From Octopus sinensis (taxonomy: Eukaryota), in the NCBI RefSeq assembly GCF_006345805.1, contig NC_043009.1:18600001-18664000 (forward strand): 64,000 nt of DNA. The letters are read 5' to 3'. Positions 49,440-62,968 of this stretch are shown piece after piece. The notes beneath the pieces are model-generated. The model searched no databases and was not told where the DNA came from. It was given only the letters and a program-made list of their open reading frames with translations. The stretch's first letter is position 1; the number at the start of each line of letters is the position of its first letter. The position numbers and the translations under genes are program-made.

Positions 49440-52080
49440 TTCTTCACAAAAGTAAATAGACAATACGAAGAGCGCAATGCGACTGCAATAGATATTTTAT
49501 TGGTTGAACGACAGCTTGCCTCTCTTTGTCGAGTTCAAAATTAAAATTGATAATAGAAATTCAAATCCAAAATTTGAACTAGGGCACCAGCGTTCCTAAG
49601 TTGATGGAATGACATCATCAGTCTTCAATTTTCAAGTTTATAATTGGCAAAAAGAAAAAGAAAAAAGAGAAAAAAGGAGAAGGAAAGAAAAAGAGAAGAA
49701 TATTTAATTAAACGGTTTTGTGTAAATATGATGAATTCTTCTGTCATTTTATTCCCTCCAGGGTGTGATGTTAATAACTCGCAAACATAACTCATGCATT
49801 TTGAGGACTGAAAGTGTAGCAGATTCAGAATATTTTCGGAGAATATGCACTTTAAAGTCTTTTTCAAAATTGCAGCCGTTTGATGTAAAATGTTCGGCAA
49901 GTTCTGTCGAACTCCTGTTATTGTGCCTGAAATAATATCTGTGCCCATTGAATCTTTCGTTTAATTGTTCTGTTGTTCAACCAACATAAATCAAGTTGTG
50001 TTTGGTGCATTCTGCTACGCACACCAAATTTCTGTTATGATTCCTGATAGAATTCACTTGACTCATGTTGTTTCACAATGAATAGGCCTTGTCTTTTGCG
50101 GCTGTTTTTCAAGGTACAGCGTGCAAAAACTCCAATGTTAGTTTGTTTTTTTTAATCAGAAGTAGAGGTTAATAATTCTCTTATATTTTTATTCCGTCTA
50201 TAGGCGGCTGAGGAAATATCTGTTTGAAACGAAGATATTTTTCTGCAACATGCTGGTATCTTTCATGCAACACTTTTGAAATTCCAGCGAAATTTCGGTG
50301 TCAGTTACTCACTAAAGGAATTCTGTCACATGGTGTATTGTGTTTGCTAAAATTATGCGTAAAAATTTGACTTTCCTCGCTAATCTTAGCTATGTCATTT
50401 GCTATTTCCTTTAATCGTGATTCACTGTAACCGCGTTTGACATAATGGTGTACAAAGCATTTGTATCTTTCCGGTAATCCCTTATGTCAGTACAAATCCG
50501 TTTTATCCTTAAAATTGGGATTTCGGATTTCACCGAATATTATGATTTGGATTATTGGAGCGGCGGTGGGGCTTGCAAAATAACTTTATCACTATTCTGC
50601 TTCCAGAAAACTTAAATTTTGTGCCCAAAAATTCAACGCTAGTTTTCGAAAAACAAGACGTAAAGCTTATGTTCGACTTAAAAGCCATAGCTTTTAGCGT
50701 AACAGTCACAGAAATGCAAGAAGTCAACTAAACTATCCTGTGATCCTTCCCAAACAAAAAAAGAAAAACTTCATCAATGAATTGTTACTAGAGTATTGGC
50801 TCATGACCATGTAAGGATTTGATTGTCTTCAGTAACTGTGTCTCGAATTTCGTCATGAAGACATTAGCGAAATTAACTGCTATGAGGGTACCCCTGGCGC
50901 GACCCCTCGTCTGGTGGTTAAATTTTTGTCCAAACTTCATTGCGTTTCTTCGTAGCACAAACCTCAATAGCCTACAGATAGAATTAGATGGAATACTTTT
51001 GTTTGACCGTTTTTCAAAGGCATTCATGCATGTTTCTATCCTTTCATCGTGGTCAATATTGGGATATAAGGAAGAAACATCCATGATTACCAAAAAACAG
51101 CTTTCAACATGGCTTTGGTGCTTAAAAGAAGCTGTTAATTTTAGACACAAAATCAAAAGTATCCTAAATGGATGTTATATGTTCATAAGAACTTGATCTT
51201 TTTTGCGACAGGGAGTAGAAAGTCATCCAGCCATTCCGAAATTTTGACCGTACAACATCCATATTCGCTGCAAATTGGACGCATCAGAAGAAATCTTTCG
51301 AATTTTTTGTGTATTTTGGAGAGATCATAGAATACAGGTGTTCTACTTTCTGACCGTAAACTCTTGGATTCTGCCTTATTAATGAAATTATTTTCCTCCA
51401 TTTCCAGAATTATGTTGTCAAGTTCCTCTCTGAAATTGGGGTTTGAATCGACAGGTAATTCTTCATATTAAGTTTTGTCACTTAAAACTTCTTTCCTTTT
51501 GTCCATAACAGCGTCTCCCTTATCCACCATTTTAATAACAATAGAATCGTTATTAGCTAGATGACGGAGTGCGTAACGCTGGGAATTTGTGAGGTTATTC
51601 CAGGACTTCTTTTCACTTGTTTTTAGGTGTTCTCTAATGCCTGTCTGACAAGATTCAAGAAATTCCAGTAGTGCTTGTGAACATCCATCCCGAACTTTAT
51701 CTGGATACCAATTAGGATTCTTTTCAATCCAATTATGCCAGATTCAATCATCATCATTTTTATTTTCAGTAAGCATAGGGTTTTCTGACTCTTCGTTACC
51801 ATTTTTTTCCTAAACATATTCCTTCAGCTTGTGACGGCGGACAAACTGAAATAGCCCTTGAGCTAGTTTATTCTTGTCGAAATTCTTAGTGCTTGGGCAG
51901 AAACTCAGTCCAAATTCCAAGACTGAGACATCGTCGGGAGAAAGTTTTAGTTTAGATAAATTTATGACTGACTTATTCTCTGGTGTAATGAATTTCCTTG
52001 GGCAAGTGCTTTTCAGAGTCTTAATTTCATTAGTTGCCTGACTACCTTTTGTGCTTTCCTCGAAGTTTTCACCTAAAACA
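49440..52080 (-). mobile_element. Penelope-like element, decayed, RT plus C-terminal GIY-YIG region
   Basis: VINLS..LS..SVLE.GLSFCP, IVIKMVDKG, FY.L.KIHK..RPI.S, MDVSSLYPNIDH, QTRG.A.GT..A..FAN.FM, FIDEVF, NGHRYNIR..LAEHF. An intact CTGATGA lies on the minus strand at 49615-49621 in the 3' flank. Confidence 0.88.
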
Positions 52081-52104
52081 TGGAACCCCATTTCCCCAAT
52101 CTAC

Positions 52105-54201
52105 AGGTGCATATATTGAGAGAAGGACCTTCACTCGGACCGCTTAAATTAGTTGGAAAAAGAGTACTCCTCTTTCCACCCTCACTTTCTTTATTGAGTA
52201 AAACTTGAGAGCCTCGCAAAAGGGAGAAAAAGAGAAAGGTGTCTGTCTTCTGCCATTTCAGCCTGGTCCACCACACCACAATCTCTTTAACATAAGAGAC
52301 TAGACATATAAACCCGGCTTGTCCCTTCCCAGCTGAAGGGAAGCAGTGGGACGATTTTCACAATGGACTCGGCTGATAGGTCCGTCCTACACACGACAGC
52401 AGGTATTCGACAAAACTCCACAAAACAGCGATGATCGAGCACGCAGAATAGATTCGACGTTTTGCGCGTATCTTGGGCAGGCCGGGCAGAAAGCATTTCA
52501 AAGCCAGTAGAGTTTATCCTGAAGCAGCAATGCTTCACTCCACACCCAGTAGCACTGCTACACAAGAGATTTCTGAAAATTATCCATGGTTCCACAGCCT
52601 GAAAAATCTCTGGAACAGACCAGCCAATTGATTCTCACCGTTGTCCAGAGTCTGCCTGCGAACCCCCTATAGAACTAAACACCCTATAGAACACTACCAA
52701 CCACACTGCTCGACTGGCAGATGGCTGTGAACGCCTAACGACATTATAGATGCCAACCACCCTGCCTTGATCTGCGCTTGATCCAGGATCGCAGCTCAAA
52801 GAGAAGACTTGCTCAAAGTCAACGAAATGCTGGAGATGTCGTGGCCTAAGCGCCGCTCTGGGCATCATCATCCACAGTATGCCGAGTCCTCCACTTAGCG
52901 GGCTTTTACAACAAATGGAACCCTGACCAATGGAACGCGTTCCTTCCACAGAAAGCAGAAAATTAGGCACTTCAGCCCGGTCAGACGTGAACTTGGACAA
53001 AACACGACAACCAAGCGGTAATAAATGACGGAAGCAATGTAAACGCTTGCTACTTCTGCCTGACCGTTCAGAGATAGTTTTCTCCCGGATCATTTCTAAG
53101 TAAAACTGGTCACTCTGCTCGTCACCTAATCTCAGGTTTTTTCCACTTGGATATCTGGTCCAAACTAGATTCCGAACTTTTTCACAAGTCCATCCGTCCA
53201 GCACCCCACGACGCTGTTTGACGGAATGAACATGCTTCTCTAGGTTCCGAACTGCAAGCCCAATGACATTTATTGGCTGGTTTTTGTTTCTGTCACCGTC
53301 TTGTAGTCACTTTCAGCAGTGTCGATCACCTTGACATGCCTGGTACCCGACACTATGACAGTTCATGAATGCCAAAACGGTTCCTCCACGTCCTAGTTTT
53401 CGCAGTAGTGGATTGGAAAGATGAAAGGGCACAAACTTGACGACCAAGCGCATGATACTGGATGGTTCCGGTAGGTAACCATTCACACTAAAAACCAAGT
53501 AAATGTTACTGTACATTGTATCTATCCAGCTGCGAAAGATGAGACCAAAACCGGTCGCCATTAGAACAGCCGCCAACTATTGGTGGTCGACGATCTCAAA
53601 AGTATTTGATTGATCTAAATTGATCAGAGCCACACCCTGCCAAGTTTCTTACCTATCCGCCCTATGAAATATCACATGTGATTGACTAGACCTGTACAGG
53701 ATGGCGCATGTATGCGCATCACCTCTGGGATTATTGACAACAAGCGCTAACCACTTTGGGAACACTCTCACCAAAATTTTAAAATTTGGGTTATGAGCCG
53801 AAAATTATCAATGTGATCCTCCTTGTTTGGGCTACTTTAAGTTCCGCTGTCACTCCTCGACTCACAGAACTTGGAATTCTCTCGTTGTGGTAGATATCTC
53901 CAAGCAGCTATTTTGCAGTAGATATTATGAAATATTTCTGGCATATAAACGTAAAGTTGTTATGGCAGATCATGTAAATCAGGTGATTCGTCTTCCACTT
54001 GCTCGTGTAGCCAACTATCGCTTCCCGAACTTATGCGGCTGTTATGGAATTTTCATAACACCATGTCTCTCTTGCCGAGAGCCGTAGCAGTTCATCGAAG
54101 TAGCACTAAAATCCATTTTGCGTTCTGGCCCTTTATTCATTCATTCCAAACAGCTAGCCAACGACCGAACTAACCTTTTCATCGCGTACCACCATTTTTT
54201 G
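52105..54201 (-). mobile_element. Tx1-like LINE fragment (RT to 3' end); continues at 57354-57530
   Basis: ALINLDQSNTF, AAVL.A.GF..FR.WI..MYS, GGLG, VVWWTRLK. Homologous to 25686-27450. Confidence 0.8.
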
Positions 54202-57200
54202 CCATTTTTAGTCATTTGAAAAGACTATGGAATTTACAATTAACTGCACCAGTTAACTCTTCCCCAGGGAACCAGACCTAATGGTATACCTGCGGATATA
54301 GGTCCAGCCCCTGCTTTGCCGGGTCCTGTCTCTGATCACGTTGCACCTCCAAGGGCATCCATTGACGGTGATGCCCTCAATCTTAACAGACGGGTATCAC
54401 CTGATGGAGAAGAGTCAGCTCCCAACCAAACAACATCAAACAAACACCTCATCAGCTGTAAAAATCATACGATACTCAGCACCTTCAATGCCCGCACCCT
54501 CGGTTCTCTCGGCCGTCTAGAAGAACTTGGTGCAAATGCAGAATCACATGGCATTGATATAATAGCTGTCCAAGAACACCGATTTTACCATCCTAACAAC
54601 ATCCTCAAATACCATCAAGTCGGTTCTTATCAACTTGTAACCTCCTCAGCATCAAAGAATACTGTTAATTCAACAGTTGGAGGTATCGGATTTCTACTTT
54701 CGTCAAAAGCCAGTGATACTCTCTTGAGTATAGACTCAATCTCACCTAGAATTATGGTGCTTGAGATAGATGGAAACCCGAAAACAACATTGGTATGTGT
54801 GTATAGCCCACATAATTCGTCTGTGGCAGACGAGATTGAGAGTTTTTATACAACCCTTCGTTCAACCATTGAGCAAGTACCTCTCCATAATTTTCTAGTT
54901 ATAGCTGGTGATCTGAATGCTAGACTAGGACCCGATGAGACCAAGTTTACATTCAACTCTAAAACTAATCGGAACGAAGAAATGCTCAAATACTTCTTAG
55001 AGGAATTTAATCTCTACACCTCCAACAGCTATTTTATGAAACCAAAAGGTCAGCTTTGGACATTCGAGCCCCCACTTAGTGATAGGGCACAAATTGACTA
55101 CCTCATCTTTCGAAAGAAATGGTGCAATAGTGTTAAAAACTCGAGATCCTACTCTTCCTTTAGTTCTGTCGGCTCTGACCACAGAATTGTATCAGCTACC
55201 GTTAAGCTTAGTCTTCGCTCATCCAAAAAAGCTAAGCCTCACCCGATGAAAACGATCGACTGGGAGGAAGTCTTGTCTAACCCCGATATGTCCAAACAAT
55301 TTACTATTGAGGTCTATAACACATTTCAATCTTTGTCAACTTCTGAAATAGATGCTGAGAACATTGAAAAAGTATACAGCAGCCTCATCAAATCAACAGA
55401 GGAAGTTGCACTGCCTACTCTTCCCAAAAAGAAGAGTAGGGGCCAGAGCAAACCTTCTAATTCCCCAAATGTCATCGAAGCCAGAAACCATCTAAAGTCT
55501 ATATCACTAGCTTACCACCGTTCTCCATCCCAGTCACTGAAGATCCAACTCATAGCTGCCAAGAAGAATCTTGATGAGGCTTACTTGAACGCCGAGGTCG
55601 ACTTTATCAATGGAAAAATTAGCAAACTATCCAAAGAACACATTAGTAAAAAACACCATCTCGCCTGGAAATCCATCAAAGACCTTTCAGGCAAAAATTC
55701 TGGGTCATCAATTAGAATTAAAGGGGATCAGCTAAGAAGCGTTTAGAAAATTGGTCAACTCATTTTAAAAACCTTCTTGGGAAGAATGCCAAAATCCCTG
55801 ATAACCCCACTCTTCCAAGTGTGCCTATATCAGACACGCTGGACATCAACACCTCCCCTTTTACCATATTTGAACTAACAGCAGCCACCAAGAAACTAAA
55901 AGCCTCGAAAGCATTTGGTCCCGGCAACATCCCAGCTATAATTTGGAAGGATGATAGATTTCACACACTTTTGCTCAACCTTTGCAACCACACACTTTCC
56001 ACCTTTGTCGCTCCAAAGATTTGGCACCAATCTCAGATCATCCCAATACCCAAAAAAGGCGATTTATCCCTCGTCACCAACTACAGGGGTATATCTCTAA
56101 TGTCAATTGCTGCAAAACTGTACAACAAACTGATTCTAAATCGTCTTGTCCTTTTTGTTGAACCTTTGCTCCGAAAGAACCAAAATGGATTCAGACATGG
56201 GCACTCAACGCTGAGCCAGATACTATGCCTAGGCAGACTTATTGAAGAATCAAAAGCATTTAATCGCAATCTTGCAATGGTATTTGTAGACTTTTCTAAA
56301 GCGTTCGATTCTGTACAAGATGTTTGAAATCCTTAAGCTCTATAGGATACCAGACAAAATCATCTCTGCCATCAAGGTCCTCTACACAGATACGTCTTCA
56401 ACCATCTTAACCCCTGACGGAGAAACATCATCTTTCTCAATCAAAGCCGGAATACTGCAGGGAGACACACTCGCCCCATTTCTTTTCATCATTGTCGTTG
56501 ACTATGTGCTACGTATGTCAGTTGATACCATCTCTGGCAAGGGCTTTGAAATAAAACCAAGAAGAAGTTCCAGACACCCAGCTGAATACTTGACAGACAC
56601 TGACTTTGCTGACGACATCGCTCTTATCAGTGATTCTCTCTCCAATGCCCAGTCTCTTTTACAATCTCTCGAACAAGCCTCAAATTGTGTAGGTCTTTAC
56701 CTCAATGAGGCCAAGACTGAATATATAAACAAGTGCCTGTCCAACAGTGATTGCATCATCCATACTCTCAACAATGCGCCCTTAAATATGGTTTCTGATT
56801 ACAAATATCTTGGGTCATCTGGAAAAGATTTTCTAACTAGAAAGGGTATGGCCTGGTCAGCCTGTAATGACATGCATAAGATCTGGTCATCAAATCTAAG
56901 TAGAAACTTCAAACTTGAAATCTTCAAAGCCACAGTCGAACCAATTCTACTATATGGCTCAGAAACCTGGACGTTATCAAAGAAGCTTGAGAGGCGGTTG
57001 GATGGAACCTACACTCGCCTCCTTATAAGAACTCAAAATCTCTCATGGAAGCGCCATCCAACCAAAATGCAAATATATGGGAAACTACCACCTGTGTCAT
57101 CTCTTGTGAAAGGTAGGAGAGTCCAGTTTGCTGGACATTGTTGTAGAGCTGAAAAAGAGGTGATTTCTACTCTTCTCCTCTGGAAGCCATCTACTCGCAA

Positions 57201-57353
57201 TACCAGAGGGCGCACACTCTCCTACCCTGATGTAATCTCCAGGGATACAGGCATCCAGCAACAGGACCTCCGTAATGCTATGATAGACCGTGAAGTCTGG
57301 CGTAGCATGGTAAATTCCATTGTCTTGACCACGGTCGAACAATGATGATGATG
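54202..57353 (+). mobile_element. RTE-clade (RTE-X-like) LINE, near full length, with (TGA)n tail and 8-bp TSD
   Basis: APE: TFNARTL, AVQEHR, GDLNARLG, IDY, SDH. RT: IPKKGDL..NYRGISL, QNGFR, FVDFSKAFDSV, GILQGDTLAP, DFADDIAL, YKYLGS. ATTTTTTG at 54194-54201 and 57354-57361. Confidence 0.93.
54316..57345 (+). pseudogene. APE-RT polyprotein of the RTE LINE, broken into three frames
   Basis: ORFs 54316-55746, 55821-56327 and 56320-57345 are collinear pieces of one protein of about 1000 aa. Confidence 0.92.
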
Positions 57354-57530
57354 ATTTTTTGATTTCAGCAACCGCTTAATTCACTAGTCCGGTCCCCATA
57401 AACATGTCGTGCCGAGAGCGACGCGTTCAGCTTCTAGTAACCTGATCCCTGCTTACGAAGCCTATCTAGGTCGATGGTGCAGATAATAAATTCGTAGTCT
57501 GTATTGACGACTATTTTAAAATGTGGGCAA
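57354..57530 (-). mobile_element. Tx1-like LINE fragment (end of APE)
   Basis: CPHFKIV..TDYEFIICTIDLDRLRKQGSGY*KLN matches 27380-27490. Confidence 0.8.
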
Positions 57531-57732
57531 TGTATATTATCCTGAGGTTGCTGAGAAGGTAGCCCTGCTTTCAGGGTGACCCCAGGCCATGTACTGCCTA
57601 TTCTGGGCAATGTCATACTGGACAGAAGGAAAGTGAGGACGAATCGTTTATCTAATTCCCAACGAGGCACATGTGTTTCGTCCCGCCGGTTGGCTGTGGG
57701 TCGTTTCCACAAGCAGTTCTTTATCTTTCATG

Positions 57733-57950
57733 CTTTTACTTGTTCCAGTCATTAGACTGCGGCCATGATGGGGCACCGCCTTGAAGGATTTTAGTCGAAC
57801 GAATTAACCCCAGTACATTTTTTTCTTTAAATCTTGGTACTTATTTCATCGGTCACTTTTGCCGAACACCTAGATTATGGGGACGCAAACACAACACCGA
57901 TTGTCAAGAAGTGATGGGGACAAACACATAGAAGCACACACACACACACA
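57733..57950 (-). mobile_element. SINE family A-related 3' part
   Basis: Homology to 19795-20005 and 39595-39780. Confidence 0.8.
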
Positions 57951-58012
57951 TATATAGTACAAAGTAAGATAGGGGTTATGGGTGTAACCCACTATGGAAT
58001 AGCATTTATCCA

Positions 58013-58046
<34 letters not shown>

Positions 58047-60111
58047 CGAGAAGAAGAAAATGGAGGGGATCTAGGGGTAGTATGCATCAACTGTTAGACA
58101 TTATATTATGTCTATTTAATTATTTTAAACAATTATGGGAATATATATACATGTGTAAAGATTGTGTTTTAATATATAAAGTATTAGTAATTTCTAGAAT
58201 AGAGAAAGGAGAACAGTTTCTTACAGCTGTTTCTGCCAACAGGTCACAGTACCCCACATGTTATTTCCATCTTTTCAGTGTACTGTAGTGATTGGTAGAT
58301 AAAATTAGGGTACTTGGGTGTTCCCCTAGGCTTCATCGCTCTTGGCACGACACGTTTACAGGGACCAGACAACAACAACAACCACCACCACCACCAATAT
58401 GACTAACTTGTTTGAAAAATATTGTAAATTTAACAGTTGACCCCATTATGTCCTTTGCTTCACTAAGTTTCTGTGAAAATACTTTTACAACATTTCATAC
58501 ACAACATCCAACAATTGTAAATGTTTTATTTATCTTCATGGTAGAACTTTGAGAAATAAATTTTCAGCATGCTGAAGCCACAATGCAAGTTCACTTCTCA
58601 ATAAAAACCATTTCACTTCTCTTATGATACTGCTAGTTGAGTTGTGACTTTCTGAACACCATGTTTATATATCACTTGTTCTAAAGTAGGACTTTTGGGA
58701 TTTGTAGAAAAGAACCAAAATATTTTATTCACATGAGTATGAAGATTTGCAAAATAAGTTGGCTAAAACAAGTATCAGTAATAATCTAACCCGTGTAAAC
58801 CAATTGTACCCCTCTTTTATGGTTGTGTGTTTATGTTTTCTTATACTTCTAATTGTCATTCAAAGGCTGATAACTTAGACAACAAGCAAGGAATTATTTT
58901 AATACCATGGGCAAATTGAAATTGCACAGGAACAAAATCATAGCAATTCATATGATCACACAAAGCAAAATTAATTAAATTGTTATAATGCCTTAATTAA
59001 CCAAATATTCATAATATTGTTAATACTCAAAAACCAAAACAATTCAGAGTATAATGACACTTAACTAGCATGTCAACATTGAGTTTTCAATTTTTTTTAT
59101 GTACTTCATCAAAGTGTGGCTTATAAGTTGAATGTGTGTAAAATTTTGCTTACAAATGATGGATTCCTCATTTACAGAGTATTTAGTTTGAGATCTCACT
59201 ATTTAGAATTTTATCTATCAATTAATAAAATAGGCTAAGTATAAATATATTGTATATACTACAATATATTGTGGGTAAATCAATCTTTGGAGATGCAAGG
59301 CTATAGAGCTTATGTCAATTTCTATGAGGCTATGTGACACTGACTACTTTTCTCAGTGACATTAATGCTGTTTTTAAAATAAAATGGCTTCACTGAGAAA
59401 CAAAATCAGATGATTACATTTTCATGAAGAAGGGAAAATGTTACAGCTTTCATGCTTTTCCCAAATGTTATTAAAGGCATCTGTGAAAATGAAAAAGAAA
59501 TGAAACTATCAAATACAAAGATTTGTTAATAGACAAACAAGCTCCTATAAACGAGGGTCAGAGAATGTTCTATGCTTTTCAGCTTATATAACATTTGAGT
59601 GCAGCAGATTGCCGACATCTGTCTTTTATTTCTTTAGATAAATATTTACCAATGATATTTTGTGTTCAAAGCAGTTATTAAAACCATTCATTAAATAAAC
59701 ATTTTAAACTGCTAATTGACTGACTACTACTGATAAAACATTATTTGGAGATTTTCATTCTTTAGTGACCAACTGTCATTTGAAATTAAGATATTTCATT
59801 ACTGTTAATTTTCCAATTAGCCAAATGAGCTTTTTATAATGAGAAATTGAACAAAATCAATTGTGTTAAATAAATAAATGTACACATAAAAAAAAGTATT
59901 GGTGTTAAATGATGAATTCCACATTTGCCTTTTCTTTTTTCTGGAATTATTAAGTGGTGTTAATTTGGGGAAAATGTGTTTGCAAAGTCTCAATTTTAAG
60001 TAGAGAACCATTGGATGAAAAAGAGCAAGAAATTCAGTGGTCTTTATCTACTCATAAACACTATTTTAAGTCCTTTCATAATTAAGGGATTTAACTCATA
60101 GATTACACAGT

Positions 60112-60152
60112 CTACTTAGCTGTAAATAAGTTCCACATTCTAGGACGTATAC
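60112..60152 (-). CDS. candidate terminal coding exon (xIRPRMWNLFTAK*) of an unidentified gene
   Basis: Acceptor-like TGTTTTTGCAG|G and a phase-1 frame to TAG, followed by about 1.7 kb without recognisable repeats and with several minus-strand AATAAA. No homology recognised. Confidence 0.25.
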
Positions 60153-60715
60153 CTGCAAAAACAATGGCTGTATTGTTCAGTCAGCTTCACTGAAATGATA
60201 GATAACTTATAGAACTTTCAGACTTTCTATGTTCTTAGTTTAATCTCATTGTAGCTAACTTTTCCCACCATCTGCCAGTTTTGATAAAATTAACTGCCTG
60301 ACAGGAAATGAGGTGGGTGGGGCAATTCTACTGACTATATAACTTCCCCACAAATTTGTGGATTTGTGTCAAAAAGAAAACACTATAATATATTTTACGT
60401 AATCGTTTGTTCCTGAAACTACTCAATTCAACTGCAATTAATTCTATTTATTTGAGGTTTAAAATGGTCTGAAATTTCATATTAGTTCTTTCTCCTGCTA
60501 CTAAGCAATATTACCTCCCAGAAAGCACATTCCTGATTGCAGTCTGTGATTCTATGTTATGAGCTTACTGTTCTTGATTCATTAATTTTATTATACAATG
60601 CTTAACCTACAACCAAAAGTCAACAATGTAAGCAAAAAATGGAAATAATAAAATACTTATTTTCACTAACTCATCATTAATCAAATATTTAATTTCCTCT
60701 TTCCCCCACACACAC

Positions 60716-60784
<69 letters not shown>

Positions 60785-61099
60785 CAAATGTCGCATACAT
60801 ACATACACATATGTATGTATGTATGTATGTGTGTGTGTGTGCTTCCATAATTCTGTTTTTGTATTATTCTATTTTCCAAAGCTGTTCATAGGCAAGAAAG
60901 GTAAATGAGATAATGCCCATAGTAAATTAAATTGCAATTTGTAAATATGAAAATACAATTTTTAACAAATTTCAGGCACTTAAATGTAAGTTTTAATTAA
61001 AAATTTGAATTGTAGAGCAGGGGAGAATGAAAAAAATAGAATAGCAAATGTTTTCAACTGAGTTCTGGTTTACCCTTCTATTGCAACATAAAGTGTTTT

Positions 61100-61920
61100 T
61101 GATATGGGCTATAACACCACACTGAAATATGATATAAGGTTTCATAGAATTGTACATAATATTCAGTTGGATTGTGATATATAATGTTCTACTGAACTGA
61201 GATTTAATATTCTAAACAATATTGGTATAATGTCCGAGAAAATTGTGATATTATGTTCTAATCAATTAAGTAATGATTTTTTGCATAATATTCTAATGAA
61301 TTGTAAGTTGGTGAGCTGGTAGAATCATTAGCATGCTGGGCAAAATGTTTAGCAGTGTTTCATCTTTACATTCTGAATTCAAATTCAACTAAGGTTGACT
61401 TTGCCTTTCATCCTTTCGGGGTCAATAACATAAGTACCAGTTGAGCACTGGGGTTGAGATATTCAACTTACCCCATCCTGGCCAAAATTTCAAACCAATA
61501 TTCTAATGAATTGTGATATAATGTGCAAATGAATTGCAGTATAACATTCTACAGAACAATAGTACAATATTCAAATGAATTATGATATGGTATTCCACTG
61601 AATTATGGAATAATATTCAAATGAACTGTTGCATAAGGTTCTAATAATTAGGGGAAAATTCTTCTAAGAACTGGTACAATAATCAAATGAAATGTGGCAA
61701 AATGTTCTTATAAACTGTTGTGTAATATTCTACTGATTGTGGTATAATTTTCCACTGTAAATGACATAAAGTACTACAGAAATATGATATACAATTCTAA
61801 TGAATAGTGGTGTAGTGTTAAAAGAAATGTGGTTTATATTTAATTGAATTTTGACATATTCTAAAGAGTTGCAGTCTAATGTTCTATTGAATTGTGTAAT
61901 GTTATACAGAACTTTGCTAA
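61100..61920 (+). repeat. degenerate about 22-bp minisatellite (ATATTCTAATGAATTGTGATATA-like), interrupted by SINE B at 61308-61497
   Basis: Recurring ATATTCTA.TGAATTGT units on both sides of the SINE. Confidence 0.75.
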
Positions 61921-62968
61921 ATTTGCTGTTAGGTTCTGGCCATAGTTTAGGCGGGTAGAGCACCTTTCAGATATAACCCAGCTAGAAAGTCAATGCTGCA
62001 AGAGAACCTGAGAGGTGGAGGAATCACACTTCGTTCATTATACTACAAGCTATTTCAGCCTTTGTGTATTTTTTTAATCCTCTTCCATGATACATCAGTA
62101 AAAATAAGGATGGGTAGCGATACCATCAGACCTTTCTGTGGTGAGAGAGATACTATTATCTGGATTTGGAAGATCAAGGTGGTAGCCAGGCTGCAAAGCA
62201 ATGAAGATGTTGCTACAGCCTGGCCAGAGTCTCATGGCTCTGGATTTGGAGGGAAATGCATTGGCTATACCTCAAAATGGACAAAACAGACCAACTGGAT
62301 ATGGAGAAGATTGAACAGTGCTTAAAGGAACCTTTTTACAGAAGGATCATATGCTGTGGTCACCAAGCTAGGAAAGTTCAGGTGGACAGGCAAACAGGTG
62401 GAGATGTATGCAGCAGAAATTCAGAGACTGGCCATGCTCTCTAGTTTTACCAGAGAGGGATTAGAAAAGGTGGCATGGTTGTCACTGATGAACATTTTTT
62501 CTGATAAGATATCAGTGCATCTGCAATAACTGCCAGGCAGTGAGAAGACGTCAATGAGCAAACATATCACTCAAACCCATGTGTTGAGACTGTAGTGTCT
62601 GCTGCAGAGGTCATAGGTCACCTGAAGAAGTTCAGGCTAACCACAAAACTACCAGAGCCAATGGTTGGAAGAGCTGCACTGGGGCTCAAGCTACAAAGGG
62701 ACAAGATAGGTGTGTTGGTAGAGGAAATGAGATTCTGGAACTGGGTACAAGAACTATTCTCAATGTGTGGGAGACTAGTGGATCACAATCCAATCGTGGA
62801 GTGGCTTCAAACAGCATGCAGCTCTGTCAAGAGATGAGTGAATGGGGCAAGATGAGAAGACAAAATGGGAAAGAGGACAGTGGCAATGATGCAGGAGTTC
62901 CTAGAGAGGGTAAGAACAAAAGACCCAGTCAGAGGAAGCTGGTATGCACCTAAATTGGAGAATGAGAC

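Noticed and set aside
61100-61920. CRISPR-like periodicity
   Set aside because: Contiguous degenerate units without unique spacers, eukaryotic context and no cas genes.
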